From a virus, in the IMG/VR virus record IMGVR_UViG_3300025880_000012, positions 12,928 to 76,927 of that record: a stretch of 64,000 nt of DNA, one strand, 5' to 3'. Below the pieces are notes generated by a model. The model did no database searches, was not told the DNA's origin, and saw only the letters and a list, made by a program, of their open reading frames with translations. Shown here piece after piece: positions 1 through 10,500 of this stretch (positions are counted from its first letter, which is position 1; each line of letters opens with the position of its first letter). Both the position numbers and the translations under genes were made by a program.

Positions 1-510
1 AAGATAACTAACACTGGAAACCCAAGCGTAGTAGATAAAGACGGGATTAATGCTATTCATCCTACTTATCTTGACCTAAATCAAAATAGTATGTCTGAAG
101 ATGGAAACATAATAACTCTACCTGGAGTAGGTGTTTACTATTATAATAGCTCAAACGATACTTGGAATTTAATGGGGAATAATATTAATACCAATATAAA
201 TTTAATGAGCTCAGATGGATCAATTATAGGAACCGAGGATGGTATTGTTAGAGAGATTTACTTTACTCAAGTTCCTCGCACAAACACTAGCCTTTATAAC
301 AATTCAGTACACATTGAAGAATCAACGTACAAGTGGGGGATTTTTAATGGTGACCAGTCGATTAATATCACAGCATCAGAAAGTGCTGGTTGCACGTTCA
401 GCGAGTGGACAACTGCTGATATTTCTATACTTGGAAACATTAACAGCAATCAAACAACGGCATTAATAAGTCAAGATACATCAATAACAGGTGTATTTAA
501 CTGCGGATAA
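1..510 (+). CDS. 5'-truncated fibre/adhesin paralog (class B): beta-propeller-like insert followed by the conserved C-terminal module
   Basis: Frame is open from base 1 (KITNTGNPSVV...), so the 91 start is internal. Contains MSxDGxII propeller-like repeats and ends VHIEESTYKWGIF...C.F.EW...SITGVFNC like 2673..4655 and 6104..7561. Confidence 0.8.
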   Translation, partial: KITNTGNPSVVDKDGINAIHPTYLDLNQNSMSEDGNIITLPGVGVYYYNSSNDTWNLMGNNINTNINLMSSDGSIIGTEDGIVREIYFTQVPRTNTSLYNNSVHIEESTYKWGIFNGDQSINITASESAGCTFSEWTTADISILGNINSNQTTALISQDTSITGVFNCG

Positions 511-512
511 TT

Positions 513-2657
513 ATGAGTATACAAGATAGGTTAAACTCAGCTAAGTTGATTGGGCAAACAATTGACCAAAGATTATATATTACTGGCTTACACGACACCC
601 CAACAGGCTATCTCGGCCACAGCGGAGATTATCTCGTAGTAAACGATGGTGAAAGCGGCGTACATTTCACAGGTATCGAAAAGATCGCGGCTGATTTAGT
701 AGATTATGGATTTACTGGAGAAAGCTCAACGATACCGAGTTACACAGATCTTCCAGATGTCACAGAAAACGATGGTAAAATAGTAGCCTCTGGATGCGAT
801 CTTTATCATTCATGCAATGGAACATGGAATAAAATCGGTGGTGAATCGATACCTCCACCAGCCGAAGCTCCAGGATGTGTAACGAATCTCGAAGAATATA
901 ACCAATACCAAGAGTACAAAGATGATTTTTTAGCGGATAATCTAGGTAACACATTTGATCAAATGTTAAACTCGAATAATGATATTAGCAATCTAATCTT
1001 TGATGTCTGTTTGTTTCCTGAATCAAACCTAGAGAACGAAAGAAATACGGTAGTTATTGATGAAACTACTTACAAGTGGGGAATGTTTGCGGGCCCGCAA
1101 ACAATAAACCTTTCTGCAGAGGGATATTCTGACGGTCAAGGAAACGATTGTGTATTTAGCGAGTGGACGAGTAGCAATGCAAATTTTGGAGATTCTAGTA
1201 GTGCGAATACTACTGTTTTTGTGGATACTGATTTGTCGATCACTGGAAGTTTTGAGTGTTTGATTGCTCCTAGTCAACCAAGTTGTGATCGAGTAGTTTT
1301 ACACCTTCAACCAACTGCTGGAGAAACTATCACCGACAAGAGTAGCGACGAACATGCGATCACTGTGGTTGGCGATACAACAGTAGACAACACCAAAACA
1401 TTGTTTGGTGAAGACACAATGCATTTTGATGGTAATGGAGATGGAGTGAGTGTTGGTGACACAAGCACATTCAAATTTTTACATGACGCTAGCACCGATT
1501 ACACAGTTGAGTGTTGGGTAAATTTCTCAACACTCTCAGCCCTGGTTAATCCAATAATCGGAACTGCAGGGAATAGCCATACAACTGGATTTAGCATTTA
1601 TTATGCTGGTAGCAACAACGACAACAATGAATGGAGAGCGTTAATATGGAGAGGAAGTCAAGATGTACCAGTTGCTCGTGTAGATATTTCGGATGTACCA
1701 GAAACAAACAGATGGTATCATGTGGCTGCAGTACACACGAACAACACATTGTATTTTTATATTGATGGTGTTTTGGGTGGCTCAAGTTCTGGAGTAAATT
1801 ATTCTAGCAACGATTGTTGGAGAGAATTGAGGGTGGGTAGCGCTGAAGCTGAAGCAGGTGATAATCGATATTCAGACTGCCAAATCCAAGACGTGCGCAT
1901 CAGCAAAAAAGCAGTTTACACTGGCAACTTCACCCCGCCAACAAATTTGCTCGCTAACCTTTGCCCCGAACAACCAAGTTGTGAAGATGTAGCTTTACAT
2001 CTTCAACCTGACACAGGAGAAACTATCACTGATAAGAGTGGTAACGAGCATGTGATCACAACTGTTGGTGATACAGTTGTAGACGACACTACCACACTAT
2101 TTGGTGGCGACACAATCAATTTTGATGGTAACGGAGATTATTTGACGGTCAATCAAACCAGCACATTGAACCTGGGTGGTAATTTCACCATGGAAGGTTG
2201 GTTTTATATAAAAGATCAATGGGGTGTAAACGGTGTGAATTGCTTGGTATCACAATGGACTGACAATAGTGAATGCGGTACAAATTGGTCATTAAATATC
2301 AGGCAGTCCACAAAGAACTTGGAGTTTGCTAGAAAAACAACTAGTTGTACATCAGGTGTAGTGTTGACCGGTGGATTTGAATACAACACGTGGACTCATG
2401 TGGCTGTGGTTGGCGAAACAACCGAGAACACCATCAAGATGTATGTGAACGGCGGGCAAGCACAACAGTCAATAACAGACAAAGACACCCGGAGCGAAAA
2501 TTTAACATATCCAATATACATAGGAACCAGAAAATTTGCGAACAATGGTGACCCAATGGACTTCGCTGGCCATATTCAAGACTTTCGTATCAGCAAACAT
2601 GTGGTATACACAAGCAACTTCACCCCGCCAACAAATTTGTTAAACAACCCCTGTTAA
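513..2657 (+). CDS. Fibre/adhesin paralog (class A) with two LamG/ConA-like domains
   Basis: N-terminal DTPTGYxGHSGDYLVVNDGE module. Two domains with LHL...FDGNGD, T(V/M)ExW, WxHVAxV, YxxG, IQDxRISK..VYTxNFTPP, typical of phage LamG-3. Confidence 0.8.
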   Translation: MSIQDRLNSAKLIGQTIDQRLYITGLHDTPTGYLGHSGDYLVVNDGESGVHFTGIEKIAADLVDYGFTGESSTIPSYTDLPDVTENDGKIVASGCDLYHSCNGTWNKIGGESIPPPAEAPGCVTNLEEYNQYQEYKDDFLADNLGNTFDQMLNSNNDISNLIFDVCLFPESNLENERNTVVIDETTYKWGMFAGPQTINLSAEGYSDGQGNDCVFSEWTSSNANFGDSSSANTTVFVDTDLSITGSFECLIAPSQPSCDRVVLHLQPTAGETITDKSSDEHAITVVGDTTVDNTKTLFGEDTMHFDGNGDGVSVGDTSTFKFLHDASTDYTVECWVNFSTLSALVNPIIGTAGNSHTTGFSIYYAGSNNDNNEWRALIWRGSQDVPVARVDISDVPETNRWYHVAAVHTNNTLYFYIDGVLGGSSSGVNYSSNDCWRELRVGSAEAEAGDNRYSDCQIQDVRISKKAVYTGNFTPPTNLLANLCPEQPSCEDVALHLQPDTGETITDKSGNEHVITTVGDTVVDDTTTLFGGDTINFDGNGDYLTVNQTSTLNLGGNFTMEGWFYIKDQWGVNGVNCLVSQWTDNSECGTNWSLNIRQSTKNLEFARKTTSCTSGVVLTGGFEYNTWTHVAVVGETTENTIKMYVNGGQAQQSITDKDTRSENLTYPIYIGTRKFANNGDPMDFAGHIQDFRISKHVVYTSNFTPPTNLLNNPC

Positions 2658-2658
2658 A

Positions 2659-2663
2659 GTGTA
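2659..2663 (+). promoter_or_regulatory. GTGTA motif, putative late promoter, 9 nt before ATG 2673
   Basis: GTGTA ATAAATATC ATG; recurs with the same spacing at many gene starts; no SD sequence. Confidence 0.6.
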
Positions 2664-2672
2664 ATAAATATC

Positions 2673-4655
2673 ATGTCAGAATCAACACAAAAAATGCTAT
2701 CAGGAATAGCTGAGATGGCTAGATCGATACAAACTTATGTACCAACAGGGCTTTTTCAATTAAAAGACACCCCAACAGGCTACCAAGGACACAGTGGCGA
2801 TTACCTTGTAGTCAATGACGGTGAAACTGGCATACATTTCACAGGTATCGAAAAGATAGCGGCTGACCTTACAGATTATGGATTTGGTGGTACCACTTTA
2901 AATATACCAAAATATACCACCTTGCCAGACCCAATAACTAACGATGGTAAAATTGTAGCTAGTAGTTGTGATTTATATTATTCTTGTGATGGTGAGTGGG
3001 AAAAAATAATTCAGTTTAGTGAAGATGTCATACCAGAAACATATCCAGTGTGCGTAAAAACACAATTAGAAATGATAGAGTACGATGCCTACAAGGACGA
3101 AATAGCAAACCAGCAAATGGAGTCGGCATTTGTCGACTCTCTTAATGGAGAAAGTAACAGTTTGGAGGTAAGAAATGTATGTTTACTCAAAAAAGAACCC
3201 ACTAGCTCTATAAGTATCAACCCAGACGAAGCTTGGAATGAGATTGCGTCATTTGAGATATCGAGGGCTCCAGTTGTGATGAATTATCAAAAAAATACAT
3301 ATATAATAAATGATGCTAAAGATAAATTCTTAATTCCATGGCTAAGAGTTCCAACTACTGATCAATATTCTGTAAGAATTGTCAATGAACAGGGAGAAAC
3401 ACTTTTTAATTTTTCTGGCTTTGGGCGTTATACTTTTGTTTCTATAACTTCTGACTTTAAATATATAGCTCATATGACAGAGATATCTAGCCAGAATAAC
3501 GACAAAGAAATTAATTTATATAAATTCAATGAATCAAATAATTCATATGAATCCTATGGAAAAATAGAGCACAGTGTATTTACTGGCAATAGAGATGGAT
3601 TTAGAATTAGTGAAAATGGTCAAAAAATAGCTTGCAGTGGATCCGGAAAAATTGGAATTTTTGAGGAAAATGGTGGTAACTGGGAACTTGTAAATGAAAT
3701 GACATTTTCCCCCCATCTTCGTACAACTTCAAACATACCTCATATTTCATATAGTCCAGATTTAAGTAAATTTGTAATCGAAGCAAATATATTAGATACA
3801 GGTTCTGAGTATATGGAATTTGGGGGACTTAAATTCTATGAGATTGACTATGTTAATAATATAGTTAGTAAATATATGCAGATAGAATGGGATTCTAATG
3901 ATTCAGTTACATCTTGGGTACTTAATGATAATTTCGACACTTTAGTTGTTATGAGAACTATTCCAGGCCAAGGGTCAACTCATCAGTTGGCGGACTATAT
4001 ATCTGTATACAAATATATTCAATCATCTAATTCTTGGGTGATAACCAATCAATCAAACTCTAACAGTTTATTTCAAGGTGTAGCAGGCAAACATACGATA
4101 AATTCTGAACCCCTTGCAATTACTGAGTATGCTTTATCCCCTAATGGAGATTTTATTGTTTTAAGTCTTGGAGAGTATGAAGACACTAGCTCGAGCTATA
4201 ATGTACCTCAGGACGGCGAAACTATAACTTATTACTACGATAAAGATATTGACCAATGGATACAGTATGGTATTGATCCAATTATTGGGTCTGCATCTCC
4301 ATTAGCTATATCTAATGATGGATCTACCATAGTTAGTTCAAATCAAAAATATAATATCTCGAAGCAAGCACTATATAGGTATTTTTTTATTAATAAAATG
4401 TTTTTTGATGAAAGCTCTTTGACATCGTTTAGTAGTAAGAGTTATAATAATAGTATTTTCATTGAAGAATCTACATACAAATGGGGAATTTTTCTACCTG
4501 AAACGACAATTAATTTAAATGGCTCCATTGACCCAGATTGCTCATTTATTCAATGGCAATCTAGTGATGCTGTAATTAATCAACCCAATACGTTTAACAC
4601 ATCAGTTATTATCAATAACGATTCCTCAATTACAGGTGTATTTAATTGTACATAA
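2673..4655 (+). CDS. Fibre/adhesin paralog (class B) with inserted beta-propeller-like domain
   Basis: Same N-terminal module. About 400 aa insert with ISENG, LSPNGD and ISNDGS blade-like motifs. Conserved EESTYKWG...SITGVFNC end. Confidence 0.75.
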   Translation: MSESTQKMLSGIAEMARSIQTYVPTGLFQLKDTPTGYQGHSGDYLVVNDGETGIHFTGIEKIAADLTDYGFGGTTLNIPKYTTLPDPITNDGKIVASSCDLYYSCDGEWEKIIQFSEDVIPETYPVCVKTQLEMIEYDAYKDEIANQQMESAFVDSLNGESNSLEVRNVCLLKKEPTSSISINPDEAWNEIASFEISRAPVVMNYQKNTYIINDAKDKFLIPWLRVPTTDQYSVRIVNEQGETLFNFSGFGRYTFVSITSDFKYIAHMTEISSQNNDKEINLYKFNESNNSYESYGKIEHSVFTGNRDGFRISENGQKIACSGSGKIGIFEENGGNWELVNEMTFSPHLRTTSNIPHISYSPDLSKFVIEANILDTGSEYMEFGGLKFYEIDYVNNIVSKYMQIEWDSNDSVTSWVLNDNFDTLVVMRTIPGQGSTHQLADYISVYKYIQSSNSWVITNQSNSNSLFQGVAGKHTINSEPLAITEYALSPNGDFIVLSLGEYEDTSSSYNVPQDGETITYYYDKDIDQWIQYGIDPIIGSASPLAISNDGSTIVSSNQKYNISKQALYRYFFINKMFFDESSLTSFSSKSYNNSIFIEESTYKWGIFLPETTINLNGSIDPDCSFIQWQSSDAVINQPNTFNTSVIINNDSSITGVFNCT

Positions 4656-4657
4656 TA

Positions 4658-6088
4658 ATGAGTTACGACAAAGTTCAATTTATCTATAATGCATTCCAAA
4701 AAATGGGTGCAGCCATATCGACAAAACTTAACATAACTGGTTTAAACGATACCCCAACAGGCTACCAAGGACACAGTGGAGATTACCTCATAGTTAACGA
4801 TAACGAAAGCGGCATACATTTCACAGGTATCGAAAAAATCGCGGCTGATCTAACAGATTATGGATTTGGTGGAGGAAGTTCAACCATACCGAGTTACACA
4901 GATCTTCCAGATGTCACAGAAAACGATGGTAAAATTGTAGCTAGGGGTTGTGATTTATATTATAGTTGCGATGGCGAATGGAAAAAGATTGGTGCAGATT
5001 CTATACCTCCCCCAGAAGACGTACCAGGTTGCATAAGTAACCTTGAAGAATACAATGAATATCAAGAATATAAAGAGCGATTTTTGGCAGATAATATGGG
5101 GAGTGCTGCGGAATCTATTTTAAACAATGGAACAAAACTTTCTGATCTAGTCTTAGATGTATGCTTATTCCCAGAATCAAACCTAGAAAATGAAAAAAAC
5201 ACCGTAGTCATTGATGAAACCGAATACAAGTGGGGAATATTTGAGAGTCCGCAAACGATAAACCTTTCTGCAGTAGGATATTCTGATCAAATAGTTAGTT
5301 GTGTATTTAGAGAGTGGACGAGTAGCAATGTTACTTTTGAAGATTCTACCAGCGCAAATACTTCTGTTTTTGTGGATACAGATTCGTCAATCACTGGAAG
5401 TTTTGACTGTTTCTTTCCTCCTGGTCAACCGAGTTGTTCTGAAATTTTATTTCACCTTCAATCAAACAACGATCAACCAATAGATAAATCAACACATCAA
5501 AGACCTATAGAAAATGCAAATAATGTCGTGTCATCTAACGATCAACAATTATTCGGAGGGTCAACTTTTGATTTTACTTCAGCGCAAGGAGCAATCGTAA
5601 CTGAATTAGTTGACATATCATCTCCTGAAATAAATGGGTTTGAAGCTATAACCACTGAGGTTTGGATAAACTTAAATGATTTAGGTTTAAATCAGGGCTC
5701 GAGTCAAACCGTTTTTGAATTTGCTGGAATAGATCGATTAAGAATAAATGGCTCCACAAACAATCCGCGTCCGATAGGGTCTTTATTTTGGGAAAGAGGA
5801 AACAAATCTCATTTCTTTCCTGCCGATATTTCACCTTTAAATATCAACCAATGGTATCATATTGCGGTTGTATATACTAAAAGCAATCAAACCCTTAAAG
5901 TCTATTTAGATGGAATACAAATTGCACTAATTGAACCTATAAGCTTTTTACTTCTTGATGGACATTGGAGAGTTGGTGGGCCTAGTGGATTCATAAAAGG
6001 ATACTTGCAAGATTTTAGAGTTTCAAAGAAAGAAGTCTATACAAGCAACTTTACCCCACCAAATAGTTTATTAAGTAACCCCTGTTAA
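4658..6088 (+). CDS. Fibre/adhesin paralog (class A) with one LamG-like domain
   Basis: ATG 4658 (TAA-TA-ATG after the upstream stop) preferred over TTG 4646. First ~260 aa align with 513..2657; WYHIAVV...YLDG...LQDFRVSK..VYTSNFTPP. Confidence 0.8.
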   Translation: MSYDKVQFIYNAFQKMGAAISTKLNITGLNDTPTGYQGHSGDYLIVNDNESGIHFTGIEKIAADLTDYGFGGGSSTIPSYTDLPDVTENDGKIVARGCDLYYSCDGEWKKIGADSIPPPEDVPGCISNLEEYNEYQEYKERFLADNMGSAAESILNNGTKLSDLVLDVCLFPESNLENEKNTVVIDETEYKWGIFESPQTINLSAVGYSDQIVSCVFREWTSSNVTFEDSTSANTSVFVDTDSSITGSFDCFFPPGQPSCSEILFHLQSNNDQPIDKSTHQRPIENANNVVSSNDQQLFGGSTFDFTSAQGAIVTELVDISSPEINGFEAITTEVWINLNDLGLNQGSSQTVFEFAGIDRLRINGSTNNPRPIGSLFWERGNKSHFFPADISPLNINQWYHIAVVYTKSNQTLKVYLDGIQIALIEPISFLLLDGHWRVGGPSGFIKGYLQDFRVSKKEVYTSNFTPPNSLLSNPC

Positions 6089-6089
6089 A

Positions 6090-6094
6090 GTGTA
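6090..6094 (+). promoter_or_regulatory. GTGTA motif 9 nt before ATG 6104
   Basis: GTGTA ATAAATATT ATG; junction nearly identical to 2650-2678. Confidence 0.6.
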
Positions 6095-6103
6095 ATAAAT
6101 ATT

Positions 6104-7561
6104 ATGTCATCAGCCAAACAAAGCTTATCAGGAATCGAAGATCTACTTTTCGCAGTAAAAGATTATGTGCCAACAGGACTTTTTGAATTAAAAGATACCC
6201 CAACAGGCTACCTTGGACACAGTGGCGATTACCTTGTAGTCAATGACGGTGAAACTGGCATACATTTTACGGGTGTCGCAAAAATTGCTCAAGATCTTAC
6301 AGATTATGGATTTGGTGGAGATGGAGGAAGTTCAACCATACCAAGCTACACAGACCTTCCAGATGTCACGGAAAACGATGGTAAAATAGTAGCATCTGGT
6401 TGTAATTTATATTATGCTTGCGAAGGAGAATGGAAGAAGGTGGGTGCAGATACTACAGCCCCTCCAGAGAACATTGAAATACCTGATTGCATTTCAAATT
6501 TAGAAGAGTATAATCAATATCAAGATTATGTAGATAATGTAATAAATAGTAATATTGATATAGCTTTTGATATTGGGTTTAGGAATTTAACTGTAGATAA
6601 TTTTTTTAATAATGTTTGTCTTTTTGGAAACAATTTAAATGTGCCTGAAAATTTAAATTTAATTACTCAAGCACCAAGCAGTACTCAAGCACCAAGCAGT
6701 ACTCAAGCACCAAGCAGTACTCAAGCACCAAGCAGTAATGCTAACCACATAAATAATAAATACCCAGAAGCTGGTTCTTACGATGTTCTTTGGACAGGTG
6801 GAAGCATTAACAATAGTGCCGCTATATCTTATAACAGTTCATTGCCAACTATTACACATGGCACAGATAATCAAGGTAACAGCAACAATACGGTTGTTTT
6901 TTGGCAAAAAGCTGGGGGGCATATGGGGTGGGTTTTACCTGAACAATATACTTATGTAAAGACTGGGCAAAAGTTTCAAATATCAATGTGGGGCGGTGCA
7001 GATCGTGCAAGTGGCTCAAGGTGGTCAAAAGTTGGTCACTCATCGCATCCTTCATCATGGACAACTGATTACATTTCAAGTGTGTCTTCCAATCAATCGG
7101 GGGAAATCACCATTGAGTATTCTTTTAATAAACTTGTAAATAGTTCAGCTCCGACATGGCATTACAATAATCTATTGCTAGTAGCTGTATTTAATTATGG
7201 AACCGAGTACGCTTCGTGGTATAAACTAAGTTTTGGTACGTACCTTAATCAAAACCTATTGATTAACATGAGCGAGACAGCAGTTTTAGATCAACCTGTT
7301 TTTAATTCGCCTGCGAACACCCCAATACTCGCACCCGGCGAAACTTTGGGGTCAGTGCGAGTAACTGAATCAAATTACAAGTGGGCATTAGTACCAAAAG
7401 ATAACCCTACAGTAAACATACAGGCGGATCCAGGTAGGTGTCAGTTTGTTGGTTGGCAGACAAGCGATAATTCTATACTAGGTAATCCAAATGATGCATC
7501 CACAACCGCTTTAATTAACCAAGACACATCAATAACGGGTGTGTTTGATTGTACACCATAA
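6104..7561 (+). CDS. Fibre/adhesin paralog (class B) with an unrecognised inserted beta-rich domain
   Basis: YVPTGLFxLKDTPTGY start shared with 2673..4655; insert after VCLF; ends VTESNYKW...SITGVFDC. Confidence 0.75.
   Translation: MSSAKQSLSGIEDLLFAVKDYVPTGLFELKDTPTGYLGHSGDYLVVNDGETGIHFTGVAKIAQDLTDYGFGGDGGSSTIPSYTDLPDVTENDGKIVASGCNLYYACEGEWKKVGADTTAPPENIEIPDCISNLEEYNQYQDYVDNVINSNIDIAFDIGFRNLTVDNFFNNVCLFGNNLNVPENLNLITQAPSSTQAPSSTQAPSSTQAPSSNANHINNKYPEAGSYDVLWTGGSINNSAAISYNSSLPTITHGTDNQGNSNNTVVFWQKAGGHMGWVLPEQYTYVKTGQKFQISMWGGADRASGSRWSKVGHSSHPSSWTTDYISSVSSNQSGEITIEYSFNKLVNSSAPTWHYNNLLLVAVFNYGTEYASWYKLSFGTYLNQNLLINMSETAVLDQPVFNSPANTPILAPGETLGSVRVTESNYKWALVPKDNPTVNIQADPGRCQFVGWQTSDNSILGNPNDASTTALINQDTSITGVFDCTP
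6665..6736 (+). repeat. 4 perfect copies of 18-nt ACTCAAGCACCAAGCAGT (TQAPSS linker)
   Basis: Directly visible tandem repeat. Confidence 0.95.
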
Positions 7562-10500
7562 TGAATAAGGCAAACGATTTTCTGAACGGGATCAAGGGTA
7601 TAGGTAAATATATCTCTGATAGATACTACTTAACTTTACTGAAGGACACCCCAACAGGCTACCAAGGTCACAGTGGAGATTACCTTGTAGTCAATGACGG
7701 TGAAACTGGCATACATTTTACTGGTATCGAAAAGATCGCAAGTGATCTTACAGATTATGGATTTCTTGATGGAGTTGGTGGTGGCGGCGGCGGAGGCGGA
7801 TCTAATTCTTTTGGGATAATTGCGTCCAAAATGGACGGAATAAATTTTACAGGTGAACTGCCAGACATCATTTTTCAAAAAGATGAGAATGGCCTAGAGG
7901 CTGCTTTAATATTACATAATGTAAACAAAACTTTAAATAAAATACAATATGCAGCCAATACCGCAGGTACCAATCGTATACTTCGTTTTGATAACTCAGC
8001 AACTGCGGGAAACATGACGAACAACGGAACTTGGACTCTAGGCAGCAATTCTCCTGGACCAGTTTCGGTTCAACATTTTATTGATACGGATAAAGCGGCC
8101 TATCTGGGCGGCGGCGGTTCTTCAAGCTCTGGAGGTGGTTTTCAATCCAATCAAATCACCAAAGATAATTTCGCTGGAGACTTTGCATTACCAGATGCTC
8201 TATATGTGCCATTAATCAGAGCTGGTGAGCTACATTTACGACCATTTTATTTTAATGGTTTCTATGGTACTACTGAAAATGCTTTTGCTTACATTCAGTA
8301 TGAATGGATTATTGGACTGAATGAGAGATTTACGATTAATTTCTCGAACAATACCCATGGTGGTTTTGCCAATACCACAAATTTTGAATCAACCACCACA
8401 ACATTCAATTTATCAACCATTCCATCCACAACAACTAACCAGCCAAGCATAAAAGAATTCATAGCCGATGATAGAGCTTTGTATTTTGGTGGCGGAGGCG
8501 GTTCAAGCAGCTCGACAACTTTTAACTCTCTGACAGATACCCCAACAGGATATCAAAGTGGATATTATTTACAAAGCGCCGAATCTGGCGTTGATTATGT
8601 ATCAATTAGTGGGTTAGCTCAAGATCTTACAGATTATGGATTTCTTGATGGAGTTGGTGGCGGTGGTTCAAGTTCAACCATAAGTACCATCAATCAAATC
8701 CAAGATAACATAGATAACATACCACTTATTGGTAGCGGAGTGCAGATACCAGATGCAATTTTAGTAAAAGACGTAAATGCAACAACTATCAACGGGTATG
8801 ACAATTTAATTCAGCTGGATTATCATGGTTGGTCACAAGGCTACGACGCTAATGGAAATAAAACTAGTGATAATCAACATTTTTGGTATGAAACAAACAA
8901 TAGTGTTGGCACAAGATGGTATATACGATTTGATCTTGTGGATGGATCTTACGAGCAACATAGCGAGGACCAACGCGTCAAAAAAGAATACGGTTCAATA
9001 CAAGAATACATATCCGGCGGCAGAGCTTTGTATTTTGGCGGAGGCGGAAGTAGCTCTACTGCTGGTGGAGGTTTTATTCATGCAGTATTCAATGGAAATG
9101 CTAATATTGTATCAAAATCAAGCGACTGGGATACTCATGTGAATAGTATTACATTTCCACAAGGTGGAACTTTCAATGGCTATGCTCGCATAAATTATAA
9201 AAATGCATTCACATCTTTGCCTAATGTGCAAGTAACTGCAGATCATATAGACTCAGCTACCATTCCTCATGTTTTTGGACAAGTCCAGGCTCAGCAATTA
9301 GATAGATGCGATATCGTTATTGGAGATTCCGATAATACACAAGCACAAGCGGGATTTTCCGTGACTATTTTCAGCGACGAAATAGCTGGCGGTGCAGGCG
9401 GAAGCACCACACCTCAATTTTCTAGAGCTAAAGTTTCATCAAGTTCAAGCATTAGTCATTTCGATGCATATGTCGATTTAGACGCTAACCAATTAGCAAC
9501 TGATTCTCAAAATTGGATAAGCACACATGCAACTCTAAACACAGTCGGAATATTAGTACCAGAGGATGGTTTGTATGATATATCATTTAATATACGTCCA
9601 GTAGAATATAATAATACTAACTGGATGAATAATGTAAGCTTGCTTGGTACAAAATTACGAATCGTTAAGGCTGACGGTACCAATGTATTGGTGCAAGAAA
9701 CTACAGACTCGAAAAATACAGGCAATGGAACAACATTAAATAATCATTTATATCTTGACAATTTATCTCTGGATCAAGGTGATTTTCTTTGTTTGAGTTG
9801 TAGAGTATACTCTAGCAATACAAGTCTGTCATGGGCAGTGGATGATAGGTTTAGCTTTTTATCTGTGTCAAAGTCTGTAGAGGGAGGCGGCGGTGGAGGC
9901 ACAACAAACACTCAAGAATTAACCGAACAAATCTCTCAAACTATAGTCAATGACAATTTAATTGTATTAGACACAGATTATTCATTTCAAACTAAATATT
10001 TAAATGGATCTATTTCTTCTGATAGTAATATTACAGATTTGGAATTTACAAATTTAACAATTGGAGATACTTATCGATTGAGTTCTACGGTGTCTATTAA
10101 TAGTGATGGTACTGCGGGCGATAAAATTAAAGTAAATTATTATCATGATGGAAATAAAATCGCCGCAGTTTATAGCGATAATATTAGCCAATCAGTAAGT
10201 ACGTCTGTGTTGTTTAATGCTACAAGTAATAGCTTATTAGTTTCTGGACAAAATTTAGATGCCAATAATTATATAGAAGGAAATCCAAACGAAATAACTT
10301 TCACTCAGATAGAAAAAATTAGTAATAACATGGTCGCGCCAGAGATTATTGCTATCACCGATGGATCAACTCAAACATTTGATGGTGCCACAATGGCTGA
10401 TAACAATTACATCAAAATAGAAGGCGAAAATGTTTCAGCTACTATAGAAATTGACGGAGATTCATTTGTTGTTGCTCAAAGTGGAGATCAAATGGTTTGG

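Noticed and set aside
1275-2640. Duplicated LamG ends as a DGR template/variable repeat pair
   Set aside because: Differences are not adenine-restricted (many C/T synonymous changes) and there is no reverse transcriptase in the window.
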